Assembly (NCBI RefSeq): GCF_009914755.1
Contig: NC_060945.1
Reading direction: 5' to 3' (one strand)
Origin: the human T2T-CHM13v2.0 reference genome, Homo sapiens
DNA: 64,000 nucleotides
Part shown: in pieces, positions 48,273 to 61,440 of the stretch
Layout of the letters: every line of letters starts with the position of its first letter
How positions within the stretch are numbered: the stretch's first letter is position 1
The notes under the pieces: model-generated
Told to the model about the DNA's origin: nothing
The model's database searches: none
Seen by the model: only the letters and a program-made list of their open reading frames with translations
Position numbers and translations under genes: made by a program

Positions 48273-48627
48273 AATCCACCTATCTATTTCCCCATCCAAA
48301 CATCTATCCATCCATCCACCCATCGTCCATCCATCCGTCCGTCCATCCATCCATCCATCCATCCAACCAGCCATCCATCCATCCATCTGTCCATCCATCC
48401 ATCCATTCATCCATCCATCCATCCATCCATCCAACCATCCATCCACCTGTCTGTCCATCCATCCATCCATCCATCCAACCCTCCATCCATCTGTCCATCC
48501 ATCCATCCATCCATTCATCCATCTGTCCATCCATCCATCCATCCATTCATCCATCCATCCATCCACCCACCCACCCACCCATCTATCCATCCATCCACCC
48601 ATCCATCCATCCATCCATCCTTCCATC
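48273..48627. repeat. Long degenerate (CCAT)n repeat
   Basis: About 350 bp, with CTGT, CCAA, TCAT and CCAC variant units. Confidence 0.97.
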
Positions 48628-50444
48628 TAACCCTCTGTTTTTCTATCTCTTCCTTCCTCCATCTAGGTTTGAAAATGAAGCTTCAAAACCTATTTAGGTG
48701 ATTGGAACATGTCATCACTCTCAATATTCTAGCTTCTTCAAGTGGTTTCCCTGAAAGGAAATCCATTTGATTTTCTTTTAAATAAATCTTCTGTTACTAA
48801 TACCTGATGTGCTGCAAGTATGATCTCATTTTAAAATGGCCACATATTTTAAAATTTACTTGATAAATCTGCATCTACTTTATTCCTATGGAATAACAGA
48901 ATTTTATAAAATAGAAGGTAAAAGCTAAATACCACCATTCTGCATTAAAAGTCAAAATTTAAACAGGCAGCCATATGTTTTTTATTCATTGAAATTAGGA
49001 TATTCCCAGGTTAGAGTATGTGAAATTTTTTTATGAAAATTGACTTTCATAACTAGAATAGAAAATTTGACCCCAGGTGGCAAAATCAATTCAGATTCCT
49101 TTTGACATTTTCTAACCTTGGAATTTCTCTAGGAGTAAAGTAGTTGCATAAAGATTATATTCTTGGATATTAATTATTTCAAGTAGTTTCCACAGGGAAA
49201 AAAGTAAATGTCATTTGTGACAGTTCAGAAGCAAGTCAAGGTTTTACTTCCTCTTGTATGTAAGAAAGGGAAAAATAGGAAATTCGACTAGAAAATGTGC
49301 ACATCTCCAGGGTAGCTGAAGGGAGTCTTCCTGCACAAAGGGTAGACTTGGGGTGATCCATGTGTGTACCCCGCCTTGATGTGGACCTGGAGACTCCACA
49401 GGCATGTCCCCAGAACTCTTGCTTCACTCTGCAGGATGATGACATTTATCACCAAGTGTTCATTTTTATGAACATATTTCTTGAGCTCTGCCTTGAAAAA
49501 CATTCTTTACATTTGAAGAGCAGGTATCTTGCTTGCTATCCAGGGCAATGATATAGAGTGATATATTTTTAAAAAGTAATCTATTATGTTACTCAATAAT
49601 TTTATGTAAGGTAATTACCCCAAAATAATCTTCTATATTACTTATTTTAATTTAATCTATTATCAATTATCCTCTGATTTAGAAATAAAGTACAGAATGA
49701 CATCAAATCATGGGCGGTTGTAATGATTTCTCCCAATATTACCTCTGTAATCTCTAAACTTACGTGGTATCATCTAGTAGTGAATAAGAAAAATAGGGGG
49801 TTCCAGCTTGGGGCAAGAGGATGGACTTTTCTGATAGACATACCTGGGTCTGACTTGGTTCCCCAAGAGGTGGTCACAGTTAAGACTGTAACCTTTGATA
49901 CCAAGTCACTAGGTTTTCATGCTGGCTGGCCACCTGCTCCCTATCTGATCTGCATATTTACTTACATTCCCTGTGTCTAAGTATCCTCATTCTTAAAATG
50001 GATACAATGACACTCTCTATCTTAAAGGTGTAGGGGAGAATTAAATAAGATAATACATATTTAAAGTCTTAGAACAGTGCTTCATGTGAATAAGCACTAA
50101 AAACAAAATGTTCATTTTCTCCTTATTATAACATATAATAACTTGAGCAAATAATTTCCCTAGACTTATATCCTCAACCATAATGTCAGACAAAAATGCA
50201 AACAGAGTTAGGGTGTGGTTTAAATGTGATGGCGTGTGTTCAGATCCTGGCAAATGCCTGCCACATTGTATCTCAATAAGCCTTAGTTTCCTTAACTTTC
50301 ATTCAGCCTTTACCAATCAGGATGTAAGAGTCACAGTGTTTGTCGAAGTTAAAAAATAAATTATCAGCATCATTCCTACTGTAGAGACTCAACTAACTGT
50401 AGATATGCAAGCACATTTTTCAAAAATATATTCATCTCATTTCT

Positions 50445-50660
50445 TAATGTACATTATTAGTTGAGTATCAGATATGTAGCAAGCACTGTGCTACGTGCAG
50501 AGGAGACAGGATGGATAAGAGCCAATCCTTGCCCTTGAGAAGCTCAAAGTCAGGTGGGAATGACAGGCAGATAAATACATAACATGCTAAAGGTTGGTGG
50601 TTGTGAGACTGTAGAGAGACGCGGCACCTCAGATACACCTAAATGGAGCAAGGTGACCAA
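50445..50660 (-). mobile_element. L2 3' fragment
   Basis: 'ttgagtatcagatatgtagcaagcactgtgcta...ccttgcccttgagaagctcaaagtc'. Confidence 0.65.
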
Positions 50661-51066
50661 CTGGTTCAAAGATAGTGAGAGATGTCTAGGTCCAACCACA
50701 CCTGAAAGTATTTAAAGCAGGACTTTGTCTCCTTGCAAGGTCAACATGGATCATGATTTGGGAGAAAAAAACACCTACTTGGTTGAGAAGTATTTATAGG
50801 CAAGAAGCTGGAGGTAAGTGCTGTGGCCAATTCTCAAGGCAAATAAAGAAGCCCCTACAAGGACACCCACTGCAGTGCAGTGTTGAGCCTGAGACGTTAC
50901 TTTACATCACATCTCTGAATGGTGAACCTCATGCCTTTAATAAACGTAAGTGTCCAACATTCAGCCAGCAAATGTGCGAAAAACAATGAAAGTGGGCATC
51001 AGCATGTTCGATTTTATGGTTGGAGAAGAAGCGGAAACTGATTTCCTGTGATGCCGACTGGGACAC

Positions 51067-51172
51067 TGTTAAGGGTTGAGTTGTGACCCCCTAAATTCCT
51101 ATGTTGAAGTCCTAACCCCAAGAACCTCAGAATATGACCTTATATTTAGAGGTCAGGTCATTACAGAGGTGA
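51067..51172 (+). mobile_element. MLT1B/C 5' LTR fragment
   Basis: 'aattcctatgttgaagtcctaaccccaagaacctcagaatatgacctta'. Confidence 0.7.
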
Positions 51173-51246
51173 TGTGAAACCATCTAAGATTCAAAGGTTT
51201 TCCAATACTCTACCAATGGATTTTGAAAACCAAAGCTGACCGGTAG

Positions 51247-51555
<309 letters not shown>

Positions 51556-52319
51556 CCGGTAGATTCTAATCTAATTCAGGGTGAAGATTTGGTCTTATTA
51601 ATTTTTGTAAGGACATAATATAACGGCTGACACAGAAATACAGTTTTGGGATGCGTAAAGAGGACACAGAAAATTTTGGCAATGATTTCTGAACTTGATT
51701 TAAAGCTCTCGAATTTTAAAAACAAGTCCAGCCGTGACAGCTTTGAAGGCCAGAGGCATGGTGCCTCCTTGTGCATCCCCAGAACAGGACTGCCTCACTT
51801 AGGAAATGCCCCTTAATAAATGCTCCTAGAACTGCAAAACACCTAACTTATTCCAAACTTTCCGGATGAAAAGGCAGAGGATTTTCTACTCCCATTTCAG
51901 GTCTCAGACTCCAGCTCATGACTTGAGAAACATCTTTTTCTCTCCCTGGCTTTCCAGAACATTCTCATGGGCCACAGAGATACCCATGAAAGTCCCTTAG
52001 CATTGAGCACTTTGATTAATTTATTGTTTAACAACTTATCAAACCCTCTTTTCACTGAACAAAGTTCCTGGAGGCCTACTGAAATATCATATCACTCAGT
52101 ATAATTTATTCAATATGTGGTGAGGAAGGGAGGTAGGTCGAGAGAGAGACAGACAGACAGCAGGCTGATTTATGACATAGATCGGTGCTGCCTTCTCCTC
52201 TTGCAAACATGTCCACAAATGGACAGCACTCTTGAGTAACTAAACTCTGAGAAAACTAACATTGTTTATTTGTGACATCTAATGCCTCAAGAAGAAATTA
52301 CTGGGAGAGAATGCTACCT

Positions 52320-52738
52320 TTTATAGGAATTATATTCCCCACCCCCACCAAAAAACTCACATGCTTAAGTACTAATCCCTAGTACCTCTGTCCTTATTTG
52401 GAAATAGGGTTGTCACAGATGTAATTAAACAAAACAAAATTATAGTAGAGTAGGACGGGTCCTTAATCCTATATGCCTGGTGTCTTTATAAATAGGAGAA
52501 ATTTGGACACAGACAGACACACAGAGAGAATGCCCTGAGATGATGAAGGCAGAGATGAAATCACCAAACACCAAAGACTCCCAGAAGCTGGGAGAGACCT
52601 GGAATTGACTCTCTCTCAGCCTCAGAGGGAACCAGCCCTGCTGACTCCTTGATCTCAGAATTGCAGCCTCCAGAGCTGTAAGACAATACATTTCTGTCAC
52701 TGGCTGTACTTCCTTACAGCAGCCCCAACAAACCAACG
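52320..52738 (+). mobile_element. MLT1B-like MaLR solo LTR
   Basis: 'ccttatttggaaatagggt..cagatgtaatta', 'aggagaaatttggacacagac', 'cagcctccagagctgtaagacaatacatttctg'. Confidence 0.82.
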
Positions 52739-53528
52739 CTTCCCAAGCACCTTTCGCATTATATGAAGTAGTCCTCCTCCTTCCATGTGGTTTTGGAGGG
52801 CCCTGAAGTGGGACCCAGGTGGAATTCATCTCTGGATCTCAGAGAGAGCGCTCAATAAATGCTAAGTGGTAGGTGAGTGAGTGAGCAGTGGAGCAAGAGA
52901 ATGAGTAAAGGGATGGATGTAGTGTTTGTCTGACACAGAGGCAGAGCAGGGGCCACTCAGTTGGGTAAAGGTCTGCTTGACAGCCAAATAATTTGGGGAT
53001 AGCCTCTCTCCCATCGGTCACTCACTCCTGAGAGCCCTTCTGCCCTCTCCACTCAGAGGTCACGTGTTTGATCAAGAGATGGGGTGTTAGTGCTCCTTCA
53101 TTTCCAGTTGAAAGAGATGACAGCATCTGTATGAATCCAAAGCTAACCCCGTGCACAGCAGCACGCCAAGCACAGCAGGAAGCTAAGCAGGCCCATCACG
53201 CTGTCCTGTAGGACCCGGAGCTGTTGGCTTCAACCAAAATGCGCCACTCCCCCAAGTACTTTCCTCTAACAATCACAAAGCTGTGAAATGTCCAAGTTTT
53301 AAATTATTATTGGGAAATATTTCATCTTTTGAAAACAATTCTGGTTTCCCCATTTTGACACCAAGCAGAATTTGGCCCAAAACTAAAAGCGAGCAACTTT
53401 TAAGTATGAAATCAAAATTTGCCTTGATATTGTGCTTTCTGTGTTTGCCATACAATGAATTCTGGAGCAATGGTATTATTTTACTTTATTTTAATTTTCT
53501 GTTGTGTTTTGTTTTTCTTTCCTCCCAG

Positions 53529-53601
53529 TGTGGTCCTTGAACCGCCTGCTAATAAAGTCATCAAGGCCGTGGTGTTCAAATCAGATCTTAAGGCCTCTCA
53601 G
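53529..53601 (+). other. Candidate 73-nt spliced exon (possibly lncRNA)
   Basis: Long polypyrimidine tract ending ...tttcctcccag and donor CAG|gtagaa; no recognised protein match. Confidence 0.25.
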
Positions 53602-54072
53602 GTAGAATTGCTTGATGAGACTGGGGAACATGGAGCACAAGGGAGGGGAAGGAGGAGAGAAGAAAGACAATGATACATTTCTGCTCTAATTTATTATTCG
53701 GGGTCTCAGACACAATGAAGGGCAATACCTAGTTCTCTGGGTTCCGTCTTTCCTTCATGAGGTCAAGTAGTAGAGGATGAAACAGCACAAAGGAAAATCA
53801 ACTCGTAAAATGAAGAGAAAAACGTGTCCTTTAGAGGATGAAAAGAAACCCAGACAGAGACTTTCATAGAACAAAACTTGGGACTAGGATGGAACCTCGC
53901 TGACCACAGCCCAGTGATTACTTAAGGGAGTCCCATGTTTTACAGACAAGCTTTAGGGGTCTCCATGGGACAAGCTTGTGGTTGGGGAGGCCGAGAGGGC
54001 CCAGACCCCAGATGTCCACACCGGGTCCACCAGAGCATCGCTGAGATTTGTTAGAAAAATTGGGATTTCCAT

Positions 54073-54369
54073 GGCTGGGCGCGGTGGCTCACGCTGGTAA
54101 TCCCAGCACTTTGGGAGGCTGAGGCGGGCGGATCACGAGGTCAGGAGATTGAGACCATGGTGCAACGCCGTCGTCTCTACTAAAAATACAAAAAATTAGC
54201 CGGGCATGGTGGCAGGCGCCTGTAGTCCCAGCTACTCGGAGAGGCTGAGGCAGGAGAATGGCGTGAACCCGGGAGGCAGAGCTTGCAGTGACCCCAGATT
54301 GTGTCACTGCACTCCAGCCTGGGCGACAGAGCGAGACTCCATCTCAAAAAAAAGAAAAAGAAAAAAAAA
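54073..54369 (+). mobile_element. AluYd-lineage SINE (Yd3-like)
   Basis: 12-bp left-arm deletion (gagacca-tggtg), extra A in ctactcggAgagg; 19-bp TSD agaaaaattgggatttcca. Confidence 0.85.
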
Positions 54370-55750
54370 AGAAAAATTGGGATTTCCAGTGAAATTTTAT
54401 TTGAGAAAAGGAGTTTATTTCTTAAAAACAAGTGTGAAAGCCTGTTTGCAAACAGAATCAGTGAAATGAAATACAGCTAAAATCACTTATAATCAGGGAC
54501 AGATCAAGAGCAAGGATGTTTTTTGTTGTTGGTCCTGTGTATCTCTGTTTCTTATAAGATGAGAAGGGATATTATGATGTTATTAATTGAAAAAAAGACA
54601 ATTCCTGAGATTTTTGAAAAGGGAAAATATGGACCAGATACCTTCATTAAGATGAAAGCATAGTCTCTATATGCAGATAAGACCCAGGGCATTCCTGGTG
54701 TGTCTCGTTTTACCTAATGGCTTTATTAACATAAAATCATTTTCCCATGTACTCACAAATATTTTCACGTTTCTATTTTTTCCTAGATGCTATGGAAAAA
54801 TATGGCCAAAAAACCTGTCCTTACTTGCATAGTACTATAATGTTAGTGTCGATAGCCTTTAGCAGTTTGTTTCTATTGAGTTGCATTATGCATTTGGGGT
54901 GCTTTATTTTCACGTATGATCCATCTCCAATATCTTTATTAGAATTAATGAGCTCTTAACACACAATGACTAATTATCAACTGTCATGCTTCTGGGCCGT
55001 TCCTCCTACATTTGATGCCCGCTCACCTCCCCTTCGCACACACAACCCAAAAGCAGAAAGCAAAAAAACACTCTATTCATTAATCCATTCACTAAACATT
55101 AATTAAGGTCCGTCTAGATTCTGAAGGCAAAAGTTCAGATCAAACAACAATTCCTCTAAGAAGCCTCCATTGATTTCCCAGATAGAACCAATTCCTCTCT
55201 CCCCTCCGCTCCCACAGGACTCAGAGATTCTATTTTCACACACAGCGTAATCTCTCTGTCGATGTTAATTACCCACATCTACGTCCCTCCATGCCCCTCC
55301 TCACACTGCGCTGTGAATCTCTGGAGGATGAGAAGCAGGTTTTATTTGCTTCCTGTGTTCTAATGTCACTAAATATGGCCTTAATTCTTCCACATTGTAG
55401 GAAGCTTAGTGAAGGAGGCAACAAACAAAACTTCCTAGGATATAAGAGCTTTAAAAATATAAATCAGAAAAAGATCGGTAATAAACAAACATGAACAAAA
55501 GAGAGGGGGTGCTGCTTAGGCTACTGGGTCCCGCATCTCCTTTGCTTTCTGCCAAAATGCCCTAAAAGAGCTCCCCCATCCCTCCCAGCCTTTCTGTGCA
55601 ACCCTGATCCCTCTTCGATCAACTTCAATCCGTTTTTAATGCCATTACTCCACCAACAAATATTGAGCCAACCAACTAACAACTGAGAGAAAATATTTTA
55701 TTAAAAGGAATCCCATATATATTACTTTTAAAGGTTTTTTGTTTGGGGTA

Positions 55751-55862
55751 TTTTTTTTTTAAAGATGGGGTTTCGCTGTGTGGCCCAGGCATGTCTCAAA
55801 GTTAATGAGCTCAAGTGATTACCCTGCTTTCATCCTTCTGAGTAGCTGGGACTACAGGTGCA
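55751..55862 (-). mobile_element. FLAM-type Alu monomer
   Basis: Single arm: 'agatggggtttcgctgtgtggcccagg...gagtagctgggactacaggtg'. Confidence 0.75.
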
Positions 55863-57247
55863 TATTACAAAACTAAATGTTATAAATAAAACAATAAAAG
55901 TGTTAGAAGAAAATCCAGTTGCATATCAATATAATCTTGATACAGGGGAAGTCTTTTTATACATCAAAATACTAATGAATGTCATTTTACAGGCCATTGT
56001 TATTTTTATTTTTGTTCATTTGTTTTCTGCATATTAGATAACATAAAAATTTTCAATAAAAAAGCATTCACATTACTATAACTAGTCCAGAACTTTCTGC
56101 AATTGCCTCTATTTCAATACTTATTTTATGCCAGCCTTTAGTAACAGACTATATTTAAATGCTTCTCTGAAACAAGACCTATGTGGAAAGTAAGTTTACA
56201 AATAAAATAAAGTGCGTGCTAGTAAGCATCAGATAATACATATTTGAAACACACGAGAATAAACAGCAAAGCTTAAATTTAAGTATTTTAAGAGAAGAAT
56301 CCTAAACATAATGCTCTTCATAAATAGTTGTCTGTACCATTTATTCTGGTTTAGTTTACTTCATAAATTGAAAGTTATTTCCTTATTAAAAGAATAGAGG
56401 CCTTTCTCAGAGTCAAGAATTTTAAAATGTTTAATATATCACATATATGTGTATATTTGTGTGTGTGTGTGGTCTATACACACACATAAATGCATATAAG
56501 TGCGTAAGTATATATAAGACCTAAGGTCAACATTTTACAAGTTGTGATGTCATTACATGTATTAAAATGAACTTTAATAAAGTAATAATATTATACTTAA
56601 GGAAGAATGATTTTTCAGTATATTGATGTTTAGGAAGACTTGGAAGAAATCCAACCAAATTCAGCAAAATGTATTGCACTGAAAGTAGTAGAAGACAAGT
56701 ATTTGGAATAAATTTAAATTTCTATTTGTTTTGGACCTGGTAGATGTGGCAACGCCTCTAAAACAAAAGGCATTATTTTGGGATAACTTGCAGTCCTGAT
56801 GATCAAAAAGAATGTCACTTGCATAGATCAGTGGCTGAAAGCAAAGAAAGAACCAAGCAAAATACACAAAAGAGCATGGAGAAAAAGAAATAGGAACTCA
56901 AAGTTTTAACAAAAGAAACTTGTTTTCTGAAAACACATGGCATTTTTGATCCACTTCTTCATTGAGACTATCTGCCTACATGTTCTCTAACTGACTGATT
57001 TCAGAAGAAGATTATTCAAAATATATAGAATGTTTCAAAAAATAAATACTCAATCTCAAAAAATGAATGTTCAGTGCTATCTATACATATCGTTGGGAAT
57101 GACCTATTCAACATGAATTTGAAACTGTAATAAGAGAACATTTTTAGGGGTAACGATGTCACAAGAAACACATTTGGATGCCCAGCATCTACTCTCAAAT
57201 GTTGTGGAAGTTAGATTAATGGTTTTCAAATTGTTCTAATTGCTCAT

Positions 57248-57620
57248 TGCTATGGACTGAAAGTTTGTGCTCCCCAAAAATTCATATGTTGAAATCCTAA
57301 CTCCCACTGTGATTGTATTAGGAGGTGGGGCCTTTGGAAGGTAGTGAGGTCGTGAGGGTGGGACCCTCAAGAATTGGATTAGTGCCCTTAGAAAAGACGC
57401 AAGAGTTAGCTTATTCTTCAGCTCTGCTCTCTGCCATCTGAGGAGTCAAAGAGAAGGCACTGTCTGGGAAGCAGGAAGCAAGGCTTCCCCAGATGACAGA
57501 TCTGCTGACAACCTGATCTCAGACTTCCAGCCCCCAAAACAGTGAGGAATAATTGTCTGCTGTTTCTAAGCCACCCAGTCTTTTGAACTTTATGATTGCA
57601 ACCCAAAATGGGCTAAGGTG
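57248..57620 (+). mobile_element. MLT1A-type solo LTR inserted in a MIR
   Basis: tgctatggactgaaagtttgtg...ggctaag; perfect 5-bp TSD CTCAT; MIR core continues downstream. Confidence 0.87.
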
Positions 57621-59161
57621 CTCATTTTGTCAATAAGGAAATGAAGGCTTGGAGCAAAGTGCTTAAAATCCTAGTTATTAAATATTTGCACCATTAACCA
57701 GACTCCAGGTCTTCCTAGTCCAGCATCATGTCACAATATTAGAAACGACCCCAGGAAAGAGCTCCAGGTAGGTGTCCTCTTCTGAATACTGGCCCCTCAC
57801 CCGGGCCTCTGCGGTGGTGCTGATCACACTGTGTGGCATTTCCCTGAAGACAATATATGCTCCTTGAGATATTTATCTGATTCATTTTTAAGGGGAAACA
57901 ATCAATGCATTAAATAAAATGTATCTGGCTCATTTCAAAAAAGAATACAGAATACATCTCACATACAAAATATGTTTAAGTATTTAAAATATTTGATAGG
58001 CTGGAAAGGTCAGACAAGTAAGATTCCTCTTCCCTCTGACAGTGTGTGTCTAAATGCCATAAATTTTTAAAACCTGATGTATTCACCTCCAACACCCCAA
58101 AGGCCTAAACATTTTAGTCCTAGGAAGTCCTGCCATTTCCCTGATTCCAGCAATCAATTATAGGGATGGGGACAAGAAATGTTATGATGGCCACTGGGAT
58201 CCACCATTTGGCATCCAGGTGGCCTTTAGCTAAGTGATGAAGAGGACATGGGCAGCCAGGTCACAGAGCATTGGCCTCATGACCCAGAACCAGAATCTGG
58301 GGTAGGTCATGTCCTATCACAAGCGACCCTCTAGGGGAATGCATTAAGCAGAATGTCAGGTTGAATGGAAATCACACATCCCTTCTTCACACCTTTATTC
58401 ATACCTCATGGGAAGGGGGAGCCACAGTGAGTCTGTGGAGGAAAGGAATGGGGGGGCAGGGATCCCAAATCTACAAGGGAAACTAAGTCCCAGCTTGAGG
58501 AAGCCTCCAAACCCTGTCTACTTGGTATCAGTCTTCCACCTTTACCTCTAAAGGGATATCAAATTAGTACTTCTCATGAGTCTCTGGTCACCTAGCCGCC
58601 AAGCATTACTTTAGTAATTTTAGGACTGTCCCCAGGCAACGAAAGTATTAAATGACAACTATTATTATTCATAATCTCCTGTTTAAAAGTTTTATTTCAT
58701 ATAAATTTACATAATTAAAAATATTTGTAAATAAAATATTGCTGCTCTCGGTTGTGTTCATTATTTGTCTCATCTACCTACCCAAGGGGAACACTTCTTT
58801 CACTGTTCTTTCAAAAGCTAACTTTTTAACTTTGAAAATGCCTGTTCCATAGACAGTAAGTGCCAAGTTGAACTCTTAGTCAGTGTGAGTTGGGTTTAAC
58901 CAAGAGGATACCTGGAAGTGAGGGGTGAGCCATCGCACTGGTGAAATTTCCTGCAGCATCAGCAGGAGTCAGGAGGGCAGGGGAGAAGCTTCATAATACA
59001 GGCAGGTGGGCTGAAAATAACTCACCATGCAGGGTTCTAGAAATTGAGGAATAAGCCTTGGTCACGGAGTAGAACAGGAATTATGGGAGGCAGTCTATGC
59101 AAAGTATATGCAAATCACTTGGAAGAGTCTGTCACATCGGAAACTTCACATGAATAGCAGC

Positions 59162-59608
59162 TGTACTAAGTTGAGCGGTGTCACCCCAAAATTAAGAAAG
59201 TCCTCTGGAACCTCAGAATGTGACCTTATTTGAAAATAGGGTATTTGCAGATGTAATTAGTTAAGGACCTTCAGATGAAATCATCCTGAATTTAGGGTGA
59301 GCCCTAAACCCAATAATTAGTGTCTTCGTAAGAAGAGGAGAGGCCACACAGAGACATAGAGAAGAACCCCCTGCGAAGATGAAGGCACAGATTCAAGTGA
59401 TACGGCCACAAGCCAAGGAATGCTGAAGAATGCCTGGGGCCACCAGAAACTGGAAGAGGCAAAAATAATCCTCCTCTAGAGCTTTCAGAAAGAGCTCGAC
59501 CCTGCTGACACCTTGATTTTGAACTTCCCACCTCTGGAACTGTGAGAATAATTTTTTTAAGCCACACAGTTTATGTTAATGTGTTATGACAACCCTAGGA
59601 AATGTACT
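59162..59608 (+). mobile_element. MLT1C solo LTR
   Basis: 'ggaacctcagaatgtgaccttatttg', 'gccacaagccaaggaatgc', 'caccagaaactggaagaggcaa'. Confidence 0.87.
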
Positions 59609-59811
59609 TTAGCCATTTTTATTGTTGTTATATATTTATCAATTGAACCTTTCCAAATGAAAATTATCTTTCAATTTGCATTTGATAGTCAAATTGAACT
59701 TGCGTCACTTTTTTCCAAATAAGAAAACTGGGTCATGTATTCACTTTTATTTAATTAAAAGTTTCCAAAAAAAAAAAAAGGTAGAATAGGCGCCAGAATT
59801 CAAAATTTAGG

Positions 59812-60178
59812 AACCTATTGTTTATGTTTCTCCAAAATTCATTTGTCGAAATTATAAACCCCAGTAGGTGAGGGTATTAGGAGGTAGGACTTTTGAGAGG
59901 TGATTAGGTCATGAGGATGAAGCCCTCAAGAATGAGATTAGTGCCCTTATGAAAAGACATGAGAGCTTGTGTTCTGTCCTTCTGCTCTGTGCCATGTAGG
60001 GATACAAGGACACAGTAAGAAGGCCACCATCTGAAAGCCACATGGACATCAGCAGACACAGCATCTACTGGTGCTTTGATTGTGGATGTCCAGCCCCTAA
60101 AATTGAGAAATCAATGTCTGTTGTTTAAGCCACCCAGACGATGGTATTCTGTGACAGCAGCCTGAGTTGACCAAGGAC
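59812..60178 (+). mobile_element. MLT1A-type solo LTR
   Basis: 'ggtattaggaggtaggacttttgagaggtgattaggtcatgagg', 'gtttaagccacccag'. Confidence 0.82.
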
Positions 60179-60399
60179 CTACAAAATATTTATTAATCTT
60201 CACAAATCAGGGAAATCATTTCTGCCCAGACAACCTCCACTGGGGATAGGCAGCCCTGTAATATCCGAAATTTTACATATATTCACTCTTCCAGCACGTT
60301 AAACAGCCTCACCTGCAAAGTCCCACTTTTTCTTTCAGTCTGTGCTTTAATAGTTTATAAAAGCCAGAAATGTCATGGGAAACCAGACAGACCACAGAG

Positions 60400-60625
60400 A
60401 AGTCACACAAAGAGGCATGACCTTTGCACCTGCCACTGACTTTCTGGGAACCTCAGTTTCCTCATCTCTAAAACAGGTGTCCTGGGACACTTGGCAGGGG
60501 TAAGAATTGTGTGAGATGATGTGTGAAATATGCACACCATCCCAGCACACTGCAGGCATTGAGCTGGCACCAGCAATGGTCTGGCTATGGCTCCGAGCAC
60601 CAGCCTCCAACACTTACTGAATGAG
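60400..60625 (+). mobile_element. MIR fragment
   Basis: 'aacctcagtttcctcatctctaaaacagg', 'gagatgatgtgtgaaa'. Confidence 0.65.
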
Positions 60626-61244
60626 GGGAGAACAAAGAGTCACCTCAAAAAGTGGCTTCAGCCCCTAGCCCCCTTGTGTGTAGCCCAGCCAGTCTGTCAC
60701 TGAGAAAACCAGTGACTGGAGTGGCCACGTGTCAAGGGCTTTGGGAACAGAAAGTCAGGTCCAGTCTGGGCTTTCTCTACCAGTGGGAAACCTTGGTGGG
60801 TTTCCAGCCTTGGCGAGCCTTTGTTCCCTCCTCCACAAAAGAAGATCCAAATAATCCCTAGTAACCTGGTCGTAATACTTAAATGATGTGATCTGGTACC
60901 AGGACCTGGCAGTGCATAGGCACTCATTCTGTCTTCCCTGACAAGACCCCTGCATGAAACTCAGCGGGTACATTCTCCCCTCCTAGGACACAAGCATTTT
61001 TAAAGAGGGTTAAGGTGTAGAGAAGTCCTTTTCTTGGGAAAATGATTCACAAGGCATCTATGGGGAGATATTTTCAGTAGGAAGCTGTGCAGGAGAGCTG
61101 GGGGTCCACACACTCAGGGTAGCTGTGAGCAGCATTTCCTTGGGTCATGGGGATATGTATCTGGAAAAGGGCCACCGCCCAGTCAGTGACATCTCTGCCA
61201 GGGCCTCAGGCAGACTCTGGCCCAAAGCAAACGGCAAAGTGGCC

Positions 61245-61440
61245 AACAGATCATGGGCTTTGGGTCTGACAGATCTGGATTCAAATAACAGCCACTTCCC
61301 TGCCTTTTGACCTTAGGCAAATCATGTAGACTTCTCTGAGCCACCTCAGTTTCCATGTGAGGAGTAGGGGGTGACAATACCTATGCCACCAGCTATGGCT
61401 TCGCCCAAGCACAGCTCCTGGCATGGATCTGGCAGTAAAT
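61245..61440 (+). mobile_element. MIR fragment
   Basis: 'ctggattcaaat', 'gaccttaggcaaatca..acttctctgagcc'. Confidence 0.65.

Noticed and set aside
45542-48701. ORFs of up to 201 aa with HPSI/MDGW repeats
   Set aside because: Translations of (CCAT)n microsatellites
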